Positions 1 to 9,721 of a stretch of 64,000 nt of DNA are shown piece by piece. The translations under genes were made by a program, and so were the position numbers. The stretch lies in assembly GCA_963717145.1 (NCBI GenBank), contig OY970325.1, positions 3,168,001 to 3,232,000 on the forward strand. The letters are read 5' to 3'. The stretch comes from an uncultured Armatimonadetes bacterium (GTDB lineage: Bacteria > Armatimonadota > UBA5829 > DTJY01). The notes beneath the pieces were generated by a model, which was given only the letters and a program-made list of their open reading frames with translations, was not told the DNA's origin and searched no databases. Each line of letters starts with the position of its first letter. The first letter of the stretch is position 1.

Positions 1-12
1 AGAAAAGATCGT

Positions 13-435
13 CTACCGAAACGACCTTCCTGTAGTCGTACACACCAGCTTGCCATGCTTGACTCCTCGGGTGCTGATCAGCCGGTCCGCGATCGATCGG
101 ATCTGCTCGCTCGAGCCTCTTACCACTATCACCTCGAGGCAGTTGTGCTCGTCGAGGTGGATGTGGGTCGTGCAAACGATCGCGTCGTGGAACTCGTGTT
201 GGAGGCCGGTCAGAGTATTGGACAACTCGCGCACCTCGTGGTCGTAGACGATTGTTACCGTGCCGACCACCGACCCCTCGTCTCCTCCTTCCCATTCGCG
301 TTCGACCAAGTGCTCGCGCATGATGTCGCGGATCGCCTCAGAACGCGTCCGATAGCCTCTGCTTCGAATGCTCTCATCGAAGCGCTTCACCAACTCAGAC
401 GGTATTGAGACCCCGAAACGTGTCAGATCAGACAT
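13..435 (-). CDS. nikR: Nickel-responsive transcriptional regulator NikR
   Basis: RHH N-terminus (RFGVSIP...RSEAIRD) and Ni-binding HIHLDEHNCLE motif; ATG at 435. Confidence 0.95.
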   Translation of the reverse strand: MSDLTRFGVSIPSELVKRFDESIRSRGYRTRSEAIRDIMREHLVEREWEGGDEGSVVGTVTIVYDHEVRELSNTLTGLQHEFHDAIVCTTHIHLDEHNCLEVIVVRGSSEQIRSIADRLISTRGVKHGKLVCTTTGRSFR

Positions 436-438
436 GTT

Positions 439-484
439 GTAGCACCTTCTGCATAATGGTAACACCGACCCGGCTCCGTGTCAA
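439..484 (-). promoter_or_regulatory. nikR sigma70 promoter with overlapping candidate NikR operator
   Basis: Minus strand TTGACA(484-479)-17 nt-TACCAT(461-456); GTGTTAC-N13-GTGCTAC (465-439) overlaps the -10. Confidence 0.65.
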
Positions 485-522
485 GCAGGAACTTGGGAGA
501 ATTATTTCTCTCGCACTGCGGT

Positions 523-1230
523 CTACTCCCGCTGCCAGTTGAAGCTCGTCTTGATGCTCCAGAGCTTGCCGGATGCCACGAGGTAGAGAAACGACGCGCC
601 CAGAAAGATCAGGAAGACTCCACAGATGACCACCACCGCGCGGTAGATCTCGGGGCTGATGAACGCGCGACCTGTGACGATCGCCGCCCCGAGGATGAGA
701 TACCACAGGATATCGCCGGAGATGTGGCCGAAGTAGAACGCACTGATATTGGAAGGCGTCCGGTTCGACGCGCCGGTGTTGCGGGCGACCGTTCCGAACA
801 GGGTCATCCCGACCGTCGCCCACCAGATCACCCAGTACGGATTCGAGATGCTCACGACCATGCCGGTGATCACCGGGTTGTCGAGGATTCCCATCTTCAC
901 TGCAGAAGGGGCCGAGGCCGACGCATTCAGATCGAGCGCGCCACTCAGTGCTGCCGGAATCATCCCCCACCCCATCCAGAGAAGCATCACGCCGCCGAGG
1001 ACGGAGATCGTGCCGATCACAGGCTTGATCCGCAGCACCTTTCCGAGCCCGAAGACCAGGCCGACGACAACCAGCAGTTCGAGCAGCGAGTGGCCGGCGA
1101 TCAGCAAGACGGGCGCGAGGAAACCCATGACCGTCGCCTGTGCGATGGTGACGGTCAGCAGAGGCCCCGGCATCAGCGCGCCGGATAGCGCCGTTATGAA
1201 CGATACTACGAAGATGCTGCCCTTGGACAT
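523..1230 (-). CDS. LysE-family translocator
   Basis: ALSGALMPGP and SISNPYWVIWW motifs, about 6 hydrophobic helices. Confidence 0.88.
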   Translation of the reverse strand: MSKGSIFVVSFITALSGALMPGPLLTVTIAQATVMGFLAPVLLIAGHSLLELLVVVGLVFGLGKVLRIKPVIGTISVLGGVMLLWMGWGMIPAALSGALDLNASASAPSAVKMGILDNPVITGMVVSISNPYWVIWWATVGMTLFGTVARNTGASNRTPSNISAFYFGHISGDILWYLILGAAIVTGRAFISPEIYRAVVVICGVFLIFLGASFLYLVASGKLWSIKTSFNWQRE

Positions 1231-1240
1231 TGGTGTCTTG

Positions 1241-1269
1241 ATTGTATGGCCGACCAGCGGGATTGTCAA
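1241..1269 (-). promoter_or_regulatory. sigma70 promoter of the lysE-type gene (near-leaderless)
   Basis: TTGACA-17-TACAAT ending about 10 nt before ATG 1230. Confidence 0.6.
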
Positions 1270-1278
1270 CCAGCGGGA

Positions 1279-1322
1279 GACCCTCACCCTGGGAGAGGGT
1301 GAGGGTCACTTCCGCACTCCAG
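1279..1322. repeat. Palindrome remnant (CCCTCACCC/GGGTGAGGG plus CCGCACTCC arm)
   Basis: Same motifs as the nested element at 32000-32115. Confidence 0.55.
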
Positions 1323-1326
1323 GATC

Positions 1327-1355
1327 TTGACGAAGGCCGGTGTTCCTGCTATACT
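1327..1355 (+). promoter_or_regulatory. sigma70 promoter upstream of ftsY
   Basis: TTGACG-17-TATACT with TG extension. Confidence 0.6.
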
Positions 1356-1371
1356 TACACTGCTAAGACGC

Positions 1372-1400
1372 CCCGATCCGCTCGGCGGATCGGGTTTTTT
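1372..1400 (+). terminator. Intrinsic terminator-like hairpin in the ftsY leader
   Basis: CCCGATCCGC-TCG-GCGGATCGGG followed by T6. Confidence 0.6.
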
Positions 1401-1407
1401 GTTGTCA

Positions 1408-1460
1408 GTAGGGAGGCCTTCAACGGCCTCCCATGGGCGACCGTGGAAGGATCGCCCCAG
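1408..1460. repeat. GTAG-type REP pair, family A
   Basis: GTAGGGAGGCCTTCAACGGCCTCCC...GGGCGACCGTGGAAGGATCGCCCC; related copies at 4103, 5924, 34110. Confidence 0.8.
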
Positions 1461-1485
1461 CGCAGCGTGGAGGCAAGCTTCACCA

Positions 1486-2364
1486 GTGAGACTTTTCAAG
1501 AACCTTTTTCAGCGAGTTGACAACCTGCTCACGGGCAGACGGCCTGTGGACGATGAGCTTTTCGACGAATTGGAGGAAGCGCTCATCGGTGCGGACTTGA
1601 ACGTCCACACGGCCATGCGCATCGTGGACGACCTCCGACGCATCTCGCGCGACGAGCGGTTGACCGAGGCCGAGCAGATCCGCGACCGCCTCAGGGACGA
1701 GATCGCCCAGTTGCTCGCCGGGCCGGATGTCGGACTTCGGGTCGCCGATGAGCCACCGACGGTCTACCTGGTCGTCGGTGTGAACGGCGTCGGCAAAACG
1801 ACGTCGATCGCCAAACTCGCCCACAGGTTCAAGCAACAGGACAAGCGGGTCATCCTCGCGGCGGCGGACACATTCCGCGCGGCGGCGATCGACCAACTCG
1901 AGATTTGGGCGAACCGCGCGGGAGTCGAGATCATCAAGCAGCGTGAGGGAGCGGATCCTGCGGCCGTGGTCTATGATGCCCTTCAGGCGGCCAAGTCGCG
2001 CGGCGCGGACATCGTGATCGCAGACACCGCCGGGCGACTGCACACCAGGACCAACCTGATGGAGGAACTGAAGAAGATCGGGCGGGTGATCGAGCGCGAA
2101 CTCGGACGCAAGGCCGACGAGGTGCTCCTCGCTCTCGATGCCACGACCGGTCAGAACGCGGTCAGTCAGGCAAAGGAATTCATGGAGGCCGTAAGCGTGA
2201 CCGGCGTCGTTCTGGCCAAGCTCGACGGCACCGCAAAGGGCGGAATCGTAGTGACGCTCAAAGAGGAACTCGGCATCCCGATCAAGCTCGTCGGCGTCGG
2301 CGAGGGGATCGACGACATCGAGGAGTTCAGCTCCCTCGACTTCGCGGCGTCGCTGGTAGGGTAG
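1486..2364 (+). CDS. ftsY: SRP receptor GTPase FtsY
   Basis: [34 protein letters not shown] start after GGAGG. Confidence 0.96.
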   Translation: MRLFKNLFQRVDNLLTGRRPVDDELFDELEEALIGADLNVHTAMRIVDDLRRISRDERLTEAEQIRDRLRDEIAQLLAGPDVGLRVADEPPTVYLVVGVNGVGKTTSIAKLAHRFKQQDKRVILAAADTFRAAAIDQLEIWANRAGVEIIKQREGADPAAVVYDALQAAKSRGADIVIADTAGRLHTRTNLMEELKKIGRVIERELGRKADEVLLALDATTGQNAVSQAKEFMEAVSVTGVVLAKLDGTAKGGIVVTLKEELGIPIKLVGVGEGIDDIEEFSSLDFAASLVG

Positions 2365-2666
2365 AACACAGAAACACTGAAAGAACACGGAAGCACGGAA
2401 AAGGCTTTCTATCAGGAAGCCAATCGGAGAGATGTCGAGGAGAACACGGAAGGATAGGGAAGCACAGAGGAGGCTTTTTTGCCAGGAAGCCAAGAATCGG
2501 AGGGCAGAAAAGCAGAAATGAAGCAATCTAGTATTCCATTTCGCCAACTCCCTATCCGCACTTTCCCCTTTTCCCTTCCTGCCTTCCTGGCTTCCTAATA
2601 GACTGCTTTCCGTGTTTCCATCCCGTTCTGTGCCTTCTGTGTTCCCATCTGTGTTTTCTGTGTTCC
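2364..2666. repeat. Compound inverted array of short (about 9-nt) imperfect tandem repeats
   Basis: Purine-rich GAACACAGA/GAACACGGA and AGGAAGCCA units on the left, mirrored by TGGCTTCCT and TTCTGTGTT units on the right. Confidence 0.7.
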
Positions 2667-2682
2667 ACGTGATCGGCGAGGT

Positions 2683-2712
2683 TTGACAAGACCCGCCTGA
2701 ATCAGGTATACT
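2683..2712 (+). promoter_or_regulatory. sigma70 promoter of ffh
   Basis: TTGACA-18-TATACT. Confidence 0.65.
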
Positions 2713-2768
2713 GTCTGTTGCGGTTTTTACGGATTAGGAGCGGCTTCTCGCCTCGGTGGTGAATTCGG

Positions 2769-4106
2769 ATGTTCGAAAGTCTGTCGGAAAAACTTCAGGG
2801 TGTTTTCAAGAAACTGCGCGGCAAAGGAACGCTTTCCGAGCAGGACGTCAACGAAGCTCTGCGCGAGGTTCGTCTCGTCCTGCTGGAGGCTGATGTCAAC
2901 TTCCGCGTGGTGAAGGATTTCGTCGCCCGGGTTCGCGAGCGCGCAGTCGGGCACGAGGTCCTCGGCAGTCTGACGGCTGCTCAGCAGGTCGTCAAGATCG
3001 TCAACGAGGAGCTGATCGAGCTTCTTGGCGGAGCAGATAACACGCTGAAGCTCTCACCGAAGCCTCCGACGATCATCATGATGGTCGGTCTGCACGGCGC
3101 GGGCAAGACAACGACGTGCGCCAAGCTGGCCAGTCTCATGCACAAACAGGGACGGAGACCGCTCCTGGTCGCGCTCGACGTATATCGTCCGGCCGCCATC
3201 AAGCAGCTTCAGGTCCTCGGCGAGCAGCTCGGCATGCCGGTGTTCACACTCGGGGACAAGCAGGACCCCGTGGACATCGCCAAAGCCGCCGTCGGTTCCG
3301 CCGCCGCGAACGGCCAGGACGTGCTTATATTCGATACCGCCGGGCGACTGCATATCGACGAAGACCTGATGTCCGAGTTGGGCCGCATCCGATCGGCGGT
3401 CTCTCCGACCGAGATACTTCTCGTTGTCGACGCGATGACCGGCCAGGACGCCGTCAACGTCGCCGAGCAGTTCAACAAGGCGCTGGAGGTCGACGGATTC
3501 GTCGTGACCAAGCTCGACGGCGATGCCCGAGGTGGAGCCGCCTTGTCGATCAAGGCGGTCACCGGCAAGCCGATCAAGTTCGCCGGCGTCGGGGAGAAGC
3601 TCGATGCACTCGAGCCGTTCCACCCCGAGCGGATGGCCTCTCGAATCCTCGGGATGGGCGACGTGCTCAGCCTGATCGAGAAGGCGCAGACAGCAGTCGA
3701 CGCGGATAAGGCAGTCGAGCTGGAGCGCAAGCTCAGAGAGAACAGATTCGATTTTGACGACTACCTGGACCAGTTGCAGCAGATGCGCAAGATGGGCCCG
3801 CTCGATCAGATCCTGGGCATGATCCCCGGGTTCAACGCCAAGAAGTTGCAGGGGGCCGAGATCGACGAGAGCCAACTGGGCAAGGTAGAGGCAATGATTC
3901 GATCCATGACAAAAGAAGAGCGCCAGCACCCCGATATTCTGAATGGAAGCCGGCGGCGAAGAGTGGCCATCGGAAGCGGAACAAGCATTCAGGACGTCAA
4001 CCGCCTGCTCAACCAGTTCGGCCAGATGAAGAAGATGATTCACGGCTTGAGCGAGATGGAGCAGGGAGGGAAACGCGGCCGCCCGACGATGCCGTTCTTC
4101 TCGTAG
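2769..4106 (+). CDS. ffh: Signal recognition particle protein Ffh
   Basis: MFESLSEKL start, GLHGAGKTT, DTAGR, FHPERMASRILGMGD, M domain. Confidence 0.98.
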   Translation: MFESLSEKLQGVFKKLRGKGTLSEQDVNEALREVRLVLLEADVNFRVVKDFVARVRERAVGHEVLGSLTAAQQVVKIVNEELIELLGGADNTLKLSPKPPTIIMMVGLHGAGKTTTCAKLASLMHKQGRRPLLVALDVYRPAAIKQLQVLGEQLGMPVFTLGDKQDPVDIAKAAVGSAAANGQDVLIFDTAGRLHIDEDLMSELGRIRSAVSPTEILLVVDAMTGQDAVNVAEQFNKALEVDGFVVTKLDGDARGGAALSIKAVTGKPIKFAGVGEKLDALEPFHPERMASRILGMGDVLSLIEKAQTAVDADKAVELERKLRENRFDFDDYLDQLQQMRKMGPLDQILGMIPGFNAKKLQGAEIDESQLGKVEAMIRSMTKEERQHPDILNGSRRRRVAIGSGTSIQDVNRLLNQFGQMKKMIHGLSEMEQGGKRGRPTMPFFS

Positions 4107-4161
4107 GGGCGGTGCTTCCATGCCCGCCCGCAGGCGGGAGGCCGTTGAAGGCCTCCCCTAC
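4103..4161. repeat. GTAG-type REP pair, family A, overlapping the ffh stop
   Basis: GTAGGGGCG...GGGAGGCCGTTGAAGGCCTCCCCTAC. Confidence 0.75.
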
Positions 4162-4269
4162 GGTGGCTGGCTGTGGCCCGGATCGAGTAGGGAGCCCTGC
4201 AGGAATAAGCGGGGCGTGAGTAGAATAGAGTAAAATACAGAAGCTACAAATCTCAGAAGGAGGGCAGTA

Positions 4270-4656
4270 TTGTCAGTTAAGATACGCCTTAGAAGAATGG
4301 GAGCCAAGGGGCGTCCCTTCTACAGAGTGGTCGTCGCGGATGAACGTTGCGCGCGCGACGGACGGTTCATCGAAGCGATCGGGTTCTACGATCCGTTGAC
4401 GGAACCGGTCACGATCAAGATCGATGGGCAGAAGGCTGTGGAGTGGCTAAGCAAGGGAGCCCAGCCGAGCGACACCGCGCGAGCACTGCTGAAGAAGCAG
4501 GGAATCCTCGACCAGTTCCTAAGCACAAAGCAGAAAGCACCGAAGAGTGCGCCTGCGGCAGAGGTAAGAGCGCAGCCGGTGGAAGAGACCGCGCCGTCGG
4601 TGGAGGAGACTGTGCCGTCGGTGGAGGAAACTGCGCCGTCGGAAGAGCAGGGATAG
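4270..4656 (+). CDS. rpsP: 30S ribosomal protein S16 with acidic C-terminal repeat
   Basis: [22 protein letters not shown]...GAQPSDT; three 21-nt repeats (VEETAPS) at 4579-4641. Confidence 0.97.
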   Translation: MSVKIRLRRMGAKGRPFYRVVVADERCARDGRFIEAIGFYDPLTEPVTIKIDGQKAVEWLSKGAQPSDTARALLKKQGILDQFLSTKQKAPKSAPAAEVRAQPVEETAPSVEETVPSVEETAPSEEQG

Positions 4657-4776
4657 CAGAATAGATCCAGTGACCGACTGGATCATGACTGCGGCCGGAT
4701 GCCAGTGGGCCCGCGATTGCGTCGGGTCTCCTGCATCTCAAGTGCCTTCACCCTGCTCCGGAAAGGAGTGTTCGGA

Positions 4777-5007
4777 TTGAAGGACATGATCGAGTATCTG
4801 GTCAAAGCGCTGGTTGATGAGCCCGAGCAGGTGAACATCGCAGAGATCGTCGGTGAGGAATCGACCACCTATGAAATCAGAGTGGCCGCTCCCGATCTCG
4901 GCAAGGTGATCGGCAAGCAGGGAAAGATCGCAAATGCGTTGCGCACGGTAGCAAAAGCCGCTGCCATGCGCACCAAGCAGCGAGTCTATCTCGAGATCAT
5001 CCCGTAG
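4777..5007 (+). CDS. khpA: KH-domain RNA-binding protein
   Basis: DLGKVIGKQGKIANALR; TTG start after AAGGAG; conserved position after rpsP. Confidence 0.92.
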   Translation: MKDMIEYLVKALVDEPEQVNIAEIVGEESTTYEIRVAAPDLGKVIGKQGKIANALRTVAKAAAMRTKQRVYLEIIP

Positions 5008-5010
5008 CCG

Positions 5011-5415
5011 ATGTTGCTACAGAGAAAAGTCACCGTCAAGGCGATCGTCACCGAGGAGTACAAGCGCAGACTGATTACGGAACTGGAGCAGGCGTTGGGG
5101 AAGGTGGAGTTGTCCCTGAGGGAACTCGATTTCCAGGGCCAACGCTACCTGAACGAACTGCGAGACGCCGACCGGGCTTCGATTGCCGAGTTCCAGAGGC
5201 GACTCCAGCGGCAAAAGAAGCGGCAGGAGCAGGTAAAGGGAAGTCTCTCCAGCCGACTCACCACCGTTCGCGAACTCGTTGTCGGCGCGGAGCACGTACA
5301 CGCCGTTCTCGATTGCCTGGCAGAGGTGAATGTCGGCGATAACCTTGCGCAAAAGCTGAACGCCGCCGAGTTGGTAATCCGGGACAACATAGTAGTGGAG
5401 ATACGAGACGCTTGA
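5011..5415 (+). CDS. YlqD-family protein
   Basis: RKVTVKAIVTE...VNVGD...IRDNIVVEIR; position between khpA and rimM. Confidence 0.8.
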   Translation: MLLQRKVTVKAIVTEEYKRRLITELEQALGKVELSLRELDFQGQRYLNELRDADRASIAEFQRRLQRQKKRQEQVKGSLSSRLTTVRELVVGAEHVHAVLDCLAEVNVGDNLAQKLNAAELVIRDNIVVEIRDA

Positions 5416-5921
5416 TGGATTCGGAAAAACGGGACATCGTAATAGGCAAGATTGTCGCGTCCTTCGGACGGAAGGGCGAGGCGAAGGTCGTTCCGTTCAC
5501 CGACTTCCCTGAGCGATTCAAGGAACTCGGCGAGGTCTACGTGGGAAGCGAGGCCGCGGGCAGGATGCGCCCGATCCAGAGTGTGCGTCTCCACAAAGGC
5601 AGCGTCCTTATCAAGTTTGAAGGAGTAGACGACATCGGCGCAGCGGAAGAACTTCGCGGCGCTGAGATCCGAATCCCTGAGAGCGATCTGATGCCTCTGG
5701 AGGAGGGGACCTACTACATACACGACCTGATCGGCGTGGATGTGCTGACCACCGAGGGCGAGAACCTGGGCAAGATCCAGGAGGTACTGACCGGGCCGGC
5801 GCAGGATGTGTATGTCACGGAGCGGGCGATGATCCCCGCCGTGAAGGAGTTCGTCGTCAGCGTCGATCTGCAGAAGAGGCAGATTATAGTGCAAGCGATC
5901 GAAGGCTTAGTACAGGAGTGA
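5412..5921 (+). CDS. rimM: Ribosome maturation factor RimM
   Basis: IGKIVASFGRKGEAKV, YYIHDLIG, IPAVKEFV. Confidence 0.95.
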   Translation: MMDSEKRDIVIGKIVASFGRKGEAKVVPFTDFPERFKELGEVYVGSEAAGRMRPIQSVRLHKGSVLIKFEGVDDIGAAEELRGAEIRIPESDLMPLEEGTYYIHDLIGVDVLTTEGENLGKIQEVLTGPAQDVYVTERAMIPAVKEFVVSVDLQKRQIIVQAIEGLVQE

Positions 5922-5923
5922 CT

Positions 5924-6039
5924 CCCCATAACCCGTAGGGGCGATCCTTCAACGGTCGCCCGTTTGCTGATCCTTCAACGGTCGGCGTGTATCTTGAAAC
6001 GGGCGACCATTGAAGGATCGCCCCTACGGGTTATGGGGG
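5924..6039. repeat. GTAG-type REP doublet, family A
   Basis: CCCCATAACCCGTAGGGGCGATCCTTCAACGGTCGCCC...GGGCGACCATTGAAGGATCGCCCCTACGGGTTATGGGG. Confidence 0.85.
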
Positions 6040-6048
6040 CTACCGTGT

Positions 6049-6801
6049 ATGCAGATGCGGGTAGATGTCCTAACCATCTTTCCTGAGGTCATCCACTGCG
6101 GAGTGGACTACAGCATCGTGAAGAGGGCACAGGACAAAGGCCTGCTCTCGGTTTTCGTGCATGATATCCGCGATTCGACCGCGGATAAGCATCGAACCAC
6201 CGATGAACCGCCATATGGAGGCGGTGCAGGGATGGTGATGAAGCCGGAGCCGATATTCACGGCTGCGGAGTCCGTCAAAACCGAATACTGGACCGAACAA
6301 AGCAGGATCATCCTGACCTCGCCCCAGGGGGAGCAGTTTTCTCAGGCCAAAGCCATCGAACTGGCCGCCTGCCCGCACCTGGTCTTCATCTGCGGCCACT
6401 ATGAGGGCGTCGATGAGCGAGTGAGGGAGCATCTTGTGACGGAGGAACTATCTGTCGGGGATTACGTATTAACCGGTGGTGAGTTACCGGCTCTCGTAAT
6501 CCTCGATGCCGTAATCAGGCTTATCCCGGGAGTCCTCGGCGGCGAACAATCGGCGCTCGAGGAATCGTTCTCGGACGGGCTTCTGGAGTACCCGCAGTAC
6601 ACGCGTCCGGCCGACTTCCGCGGATGGACGATCCCGGAGGTGCTTCTGTCCGGTCATCACGCCGAAATCGCCAAGTGGCGACGGCATCAGTCCCTCAAGC
6701 GGACACTGGAGAGCCGTCCGGATTTGCTGGAGACAGCGGATCTCTCGGACGCCGACAGGCGTTTTCTTGAGGAACTAAGAGAATCAGGGAACGAGAGGTA
6801 A
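6049..6801 (+). CDS. trmD: tRNA (guanine37-N1)-methyltransferase
   Basis: [45 protein letters not shown]. Confidence 0.97.
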   Translation: MQMRVDVLTIFPEVIHCGVDYSIVKRAQDKGLLSVFVHDIRDSTADKHRTTDEPPYGGGAGMVMKPEPIFTAAESVKTEYWTEQSRIILTSPQGEQFSQAKAIELAACPHLVFICGHYEGVDERVREHLVTEELSVGDYVLTGGELPALVILDAVIRLIPGVLGGEQSALEESFSDGLLEYPQYTRPADFRGWTIPEVLLSGHHAEIAKWRRHQSLKRTLESRPDLLETADLSDADRRFLEELRESGNER

Positions 6802-6803
6802 TC

Positions 6804-7160
6804 ATGACAACGATCATACAGGAAATCGAGAAGGAGCAACTGAAGGCCGAGAAGGCCGATTTCAACATCGGTGACACGGTCAAGGTGCACGTCCGCGTTA
6901 TCGAGGGCGGCAAGGAGCGCATCCAGGTTTTCGAGGGCATAGTCATCGCCAAGCGCCATGATAGCGTCCGAGAGAGCTTCACTGCCCGCAAGATATCGCA
7001 CAGCATCGGAGTCGAGCGCACATTCCTGGTCAACAGCCCGAAGGTCGCAAAGATCGAGGTCACCAGGAGAGGCGCCGTCCGACGCGCAAAGCTTTTCTAC
7101 CTCCGTGAGAAGGTCGGGAAGGCAACTCGGATCAAGGAAGCTGACAAGCGCGGAAAATGA
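6804..7160 (+). CDS. rplS: 50S ribosomal protein L19
   Basis: [33 protein letters not shown]. Confidence 0.98.
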   Translation: MTTIIQEIEKEQLKAEKADFNIGDTVKVHVRVIEGGKERIQVFEGIVIAKRHDSVRESFTARKISHSIGVERTFLVNSPKVAKIEVTRRGAVRRAKLFYLREKVGKATRIKEADKRGK

Positions 7161-7817
7161 ACAAAGTGACTGAATGGCTCGGCGAACATGCCGGTCGAAT
7201 ACGTCCTTACGATCATTGTCGCACTATTCGCGATACGCATGGTCCTGGGCAGGTACAAGTCGCCGGTCGCGAAGTCATCCGCCGAGATGGCGGAATCGGC
7301 TCTGATGGCCATCGCCCTCGTGTATCTGCTCATCCGCCCGTTCATCGTACAGGCGTTCTTCATACCGTCCGGCTCGATGATTCCGACTCTGCTGGAGCGG
7401 GACCAGATCCTGGTCAACAAGTTCATCTACCGCTTCACGCCGCCCAAGCGAGGCGACATAGTGGTCTTCAAGTGCCCGACGTACGCCGACCCGGACGGGA
7501 TCGAGAAAGACTACATCAAACGGCTGATGGGGATCCCAGGCGACACCATCGAGGTGAAAGAGGGAGTCGTCTATCGGAACGGCAAGCCTTTGAAGGAGCC
7601 CTACACCAACCAGAGCGATCCTGATGCCAATTTCCCGGGCGAGATCCTCTACGACATGCCGCCGGTGAAAGTGGCGAAGGGCGAGTTCTTCGTCATGGGC
7701 GACAATCGCAACAACAGCAATGACAGCCACAGATGGGGCCAGCTCGACCGGAACCGGGTACTCGGCAAGGCCATGGTGACGTTCTGGCCCATCGGCAGGG
7801 TCGGGATTCTGCACTGA
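7157..7817 (+). CDS. lepB: Signal peptidase I, copy 1 (apparent extra base near 7181)
   Basis: [20 protein letters not shown]; removing one G gives [15 protein letters not shown], matching the paralogue MTEWLANV. Confidence 0.9.
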
Positions 7818-7824
7818 ACCAGGG

Positions 7825-8457
7825 GTGAAAATGACCGAATGGCTCGCAAATGTCAGCATAGGATACGTGATTGCGGCCATCCTGATGCTCTTGATCGCCC
7901 GTCTGATCCTGGGGAAGCATAAGACTCCGCTGGCAAAATCGATGGCCGAGGTGGTCGAATCAGCTCTCATGGCGATCGCTCTGGTCTTCCTGTTTATCCG
8001 CCCGTTCGTCGTACAGGCGTTCTTCATCCCCAGTCCCTCCATGCGCCCGACACTATCGGAGGGTGACCACATCCTCGTGAACAAGTTTGTATATCGGTTC
8101 CGCGAACCCCAAGTCGGTGACATCATCGTATTCAGAGCGCCGGCGGAGGCTTCGGACGACGGTACCGAGAAGGACTTCATCAAGCGCCTTGTCGGCCTGC
8201 CCGGAGACGTCATCGAAGTGAAGGATGGGGCACTCTATCGGAACGGCAAGCGCATGCGCGAACCATTCCTCTTCGACCAGAAGATCGGCTACTCGATGAA
8301 GCCCACCAAGGTACCTCCGGGAAAGCTCTTTGTGCTTGGGGACAATCGGAATGACAGCCGTGACAGCCATTGGTGGGGCACGCTCGAACGCAAGCGGGTC
8401 ATCGGAGAGGCTATGTATCGCTTCTGGCCGCTGAGCCGGTTCGGGGCACTGCACTAA
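7825..8457 (+). CDS. lepB: Signal peptidase I, copy 2
   Basis: IPSPSM, FIKR, GDNRNDSRDS. Confidence 0.93.
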   Translation: MKMTEWLANVSIGYVIAAILMLLIARLILGKHKTPLAKSMAEVVESALMAIALVFLFIRPFVVQAFFIPSPSMRPTLSEGDHILVNKFVYRFREPQVGDIIVFRAPAEASDDGTEKDFIKRLVGLPGDVIEVKDGALYRNGKRMREPFLFDQKIGYSMKPTKVPPGKLFVLGDNRNDSRDSHWWGTLERKRVIGEAMYRFWPLSRFGALH

Positions 8458-8470
8458 GTACCCAAGTCCC

Positions 8471-8581
8471 GTAGTGGCCGTGCCTCCGTGCCGGCCATCG
8501 GCGCTGCAAGGCCGGCACGGAGGCGCGGCCACTACATTGTACAGACACGATAGCTGGCCAGCACGGAGGCGCGGCCACTAC
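8471..8581. repeat. GTAG-type REP cluster, family B (three arms)
   Basis: GTAGTGGCCGTGCCTCCGTGCCGGCC followed by two inverted copies ending GGCCACTAC. Confidence 0.85.
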
Positions 8582-8591
8582 GTAGGCGAAC

Positions 8592-9284
8592 ATGCTTAAG
8601 ACAGCTCGGGACAGGATCGACCTCTGGATGTTCGAACGCGTTGCCCGGACGCGCGGTCACCGCACGATCGCCGGCATCGATGAGGCCGGGCGCGGGCCGC
8701 TCGCCGGACCCGTGGTCGCCGCCGCAGTCGTACTCCCCCAGGACCAGGACGTCGAGGGCGTCTTCGACTCCAAGCAGCTCACCGCCGAACAGCGAGAAGA
8801 GTGCTTCGAGAGGATACAGTCCACAGCAGTTTGCATCGGGGTCGGCATCGTCGGCCACAAGGTGATCGACCGCATCAACATCCTCCAGGCGACCTACAAG
8901 GCGATGCATCTCGCCGTCCGGAATCTGGGTGTGAAGCCCGACATCTGTCTTATCGACGGCAGCCCGATCCGGACCTTCCGCTATCGCAACGAGTGCATAG
9001 TCGACGGCGACTGCAAGAGCATCAGCATCGCGGCGGCCTCGATCGTCGCCAAAGTCACCCGCGACCGCATCATGTGCGAGTATGCAAAGAAGTATCCCAA
9101 GTACGGCTTCGAGAACCACAAGGGCTATTCCACGCCGGAGCACCGCGAGTGCCTGGAGAAATACGGCGTCTGTGCCATCCACCGGAAGTCGTTTGCACCG
9201 GTTGCGGAGGAGTTGTACCTGCTTTGGCAACGCCAAGATATGCGCTCGGGCAGCACGGGGAAGACCGAGCCGTCCGATACCTAG
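8592..9284 (+). CDS. rnhB: Ribonuclease HII
   Basis: GIDEAGRGPLAGPV, DSKQL, IAAASIVAKVTRD, HRKSF. Confidence 0.97.
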   Translation: MLKTARDRIDLWMFERVARTRGHRTIAGIDEAGRGPLAGPVVAAAVVLPQDQDVEGVFDSKQLTAEQREECFERIQSTAVCIGVGIVGHKVIDRINILQATYKAMHLAVRNLGVKPDICLIDGSPIRTFRYRNECIVDGDCKSISIAAASIVAKVTRDRIMCEYAKKYPKYGFENHKGYSTPEHRECLEKYGVCAIHRKSFAPVAEELYLLWQRQDMRSGSTGKTEPSDT

Positions 9285-9604
9285 AATCACACGGCTATGA
9301 GGTCGTGGAGAGGAACTATCACTGCCTTGGCGGCGAGATAGACATCGTCGCGCGCGACGGCGGCGACCTGGTGTTCGTCGAGGTCAAGACCCGGCGCAGT
9401 GATATCGACTCCTCCGCGTCGCAAGCCGTCGACTTTCGGAAGCGCTCGAAGATCGTGCGGTCGGCGCTCAAGTACCTGACCGAACGGAACCTCGGCGAGA
9501 TCGGCTGCCGGTTCGACATCGCGGAGGTGTACTTCGTGAACGGCAGGCCGGTGACCGTGGAGGTCATCAAGGGGGCTTTCTCAGCCGAGGAAGCTGGGTA
9601 CTAG
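9224..9604 (+). CDS. yraN: YraN-family endonuclease-like protein
   Basis: GQHGED, GEIDIVA, FVEVKTR, CRFD; TTG start after GGAGGAG. Confidence 0.92.
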   Translation: MATPRYALGQHGEDRAVRYLESHGYEVVERNYHCLGGEIDIVARDGGDLVFVEVKTRRSDIDSSASQAVDFRKRSKIVRSALKYLTERNLGEIGCRFDIAEVYFVNGRPVTVEVIKGAFSAEEAGY

Positions 9605-9616
9605 CAGTGTCACCTC

Positions 9617-9704
9617 GGGTCGGGAGTACAACTCCCGACCCAACAAGGTTCCCAACAGGGTTCCAGCCCCAACGATGTTAGGTCGGGAGTTGTACTCCCG
9701 ACCT
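9617..9704. repeat. Inverted pair of palindromes GGTCGGGAGT(ACA)ACTCCCGACC
   Basis: Copies at 9617-9641 and 9680-9704; similar hairpin at 14563-14608. Confidence 0.8.
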
Positions 9705-9721
9705 CGTACCGGAGAGAACAC

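Noticed and set aside
4579-4641. Special function for the S16 21-nt repeats
   Set aside because: Acidic low-complexity tails are common on S16; noted only as part of the gene.
4160-4776. SRP RNA or other ncRNA in the spacers around rpsP
   Set aside because: No CAGG...GGAA...AGCAG SRP core; only small hairpins such as GATCCAGT...ACTGGATC.
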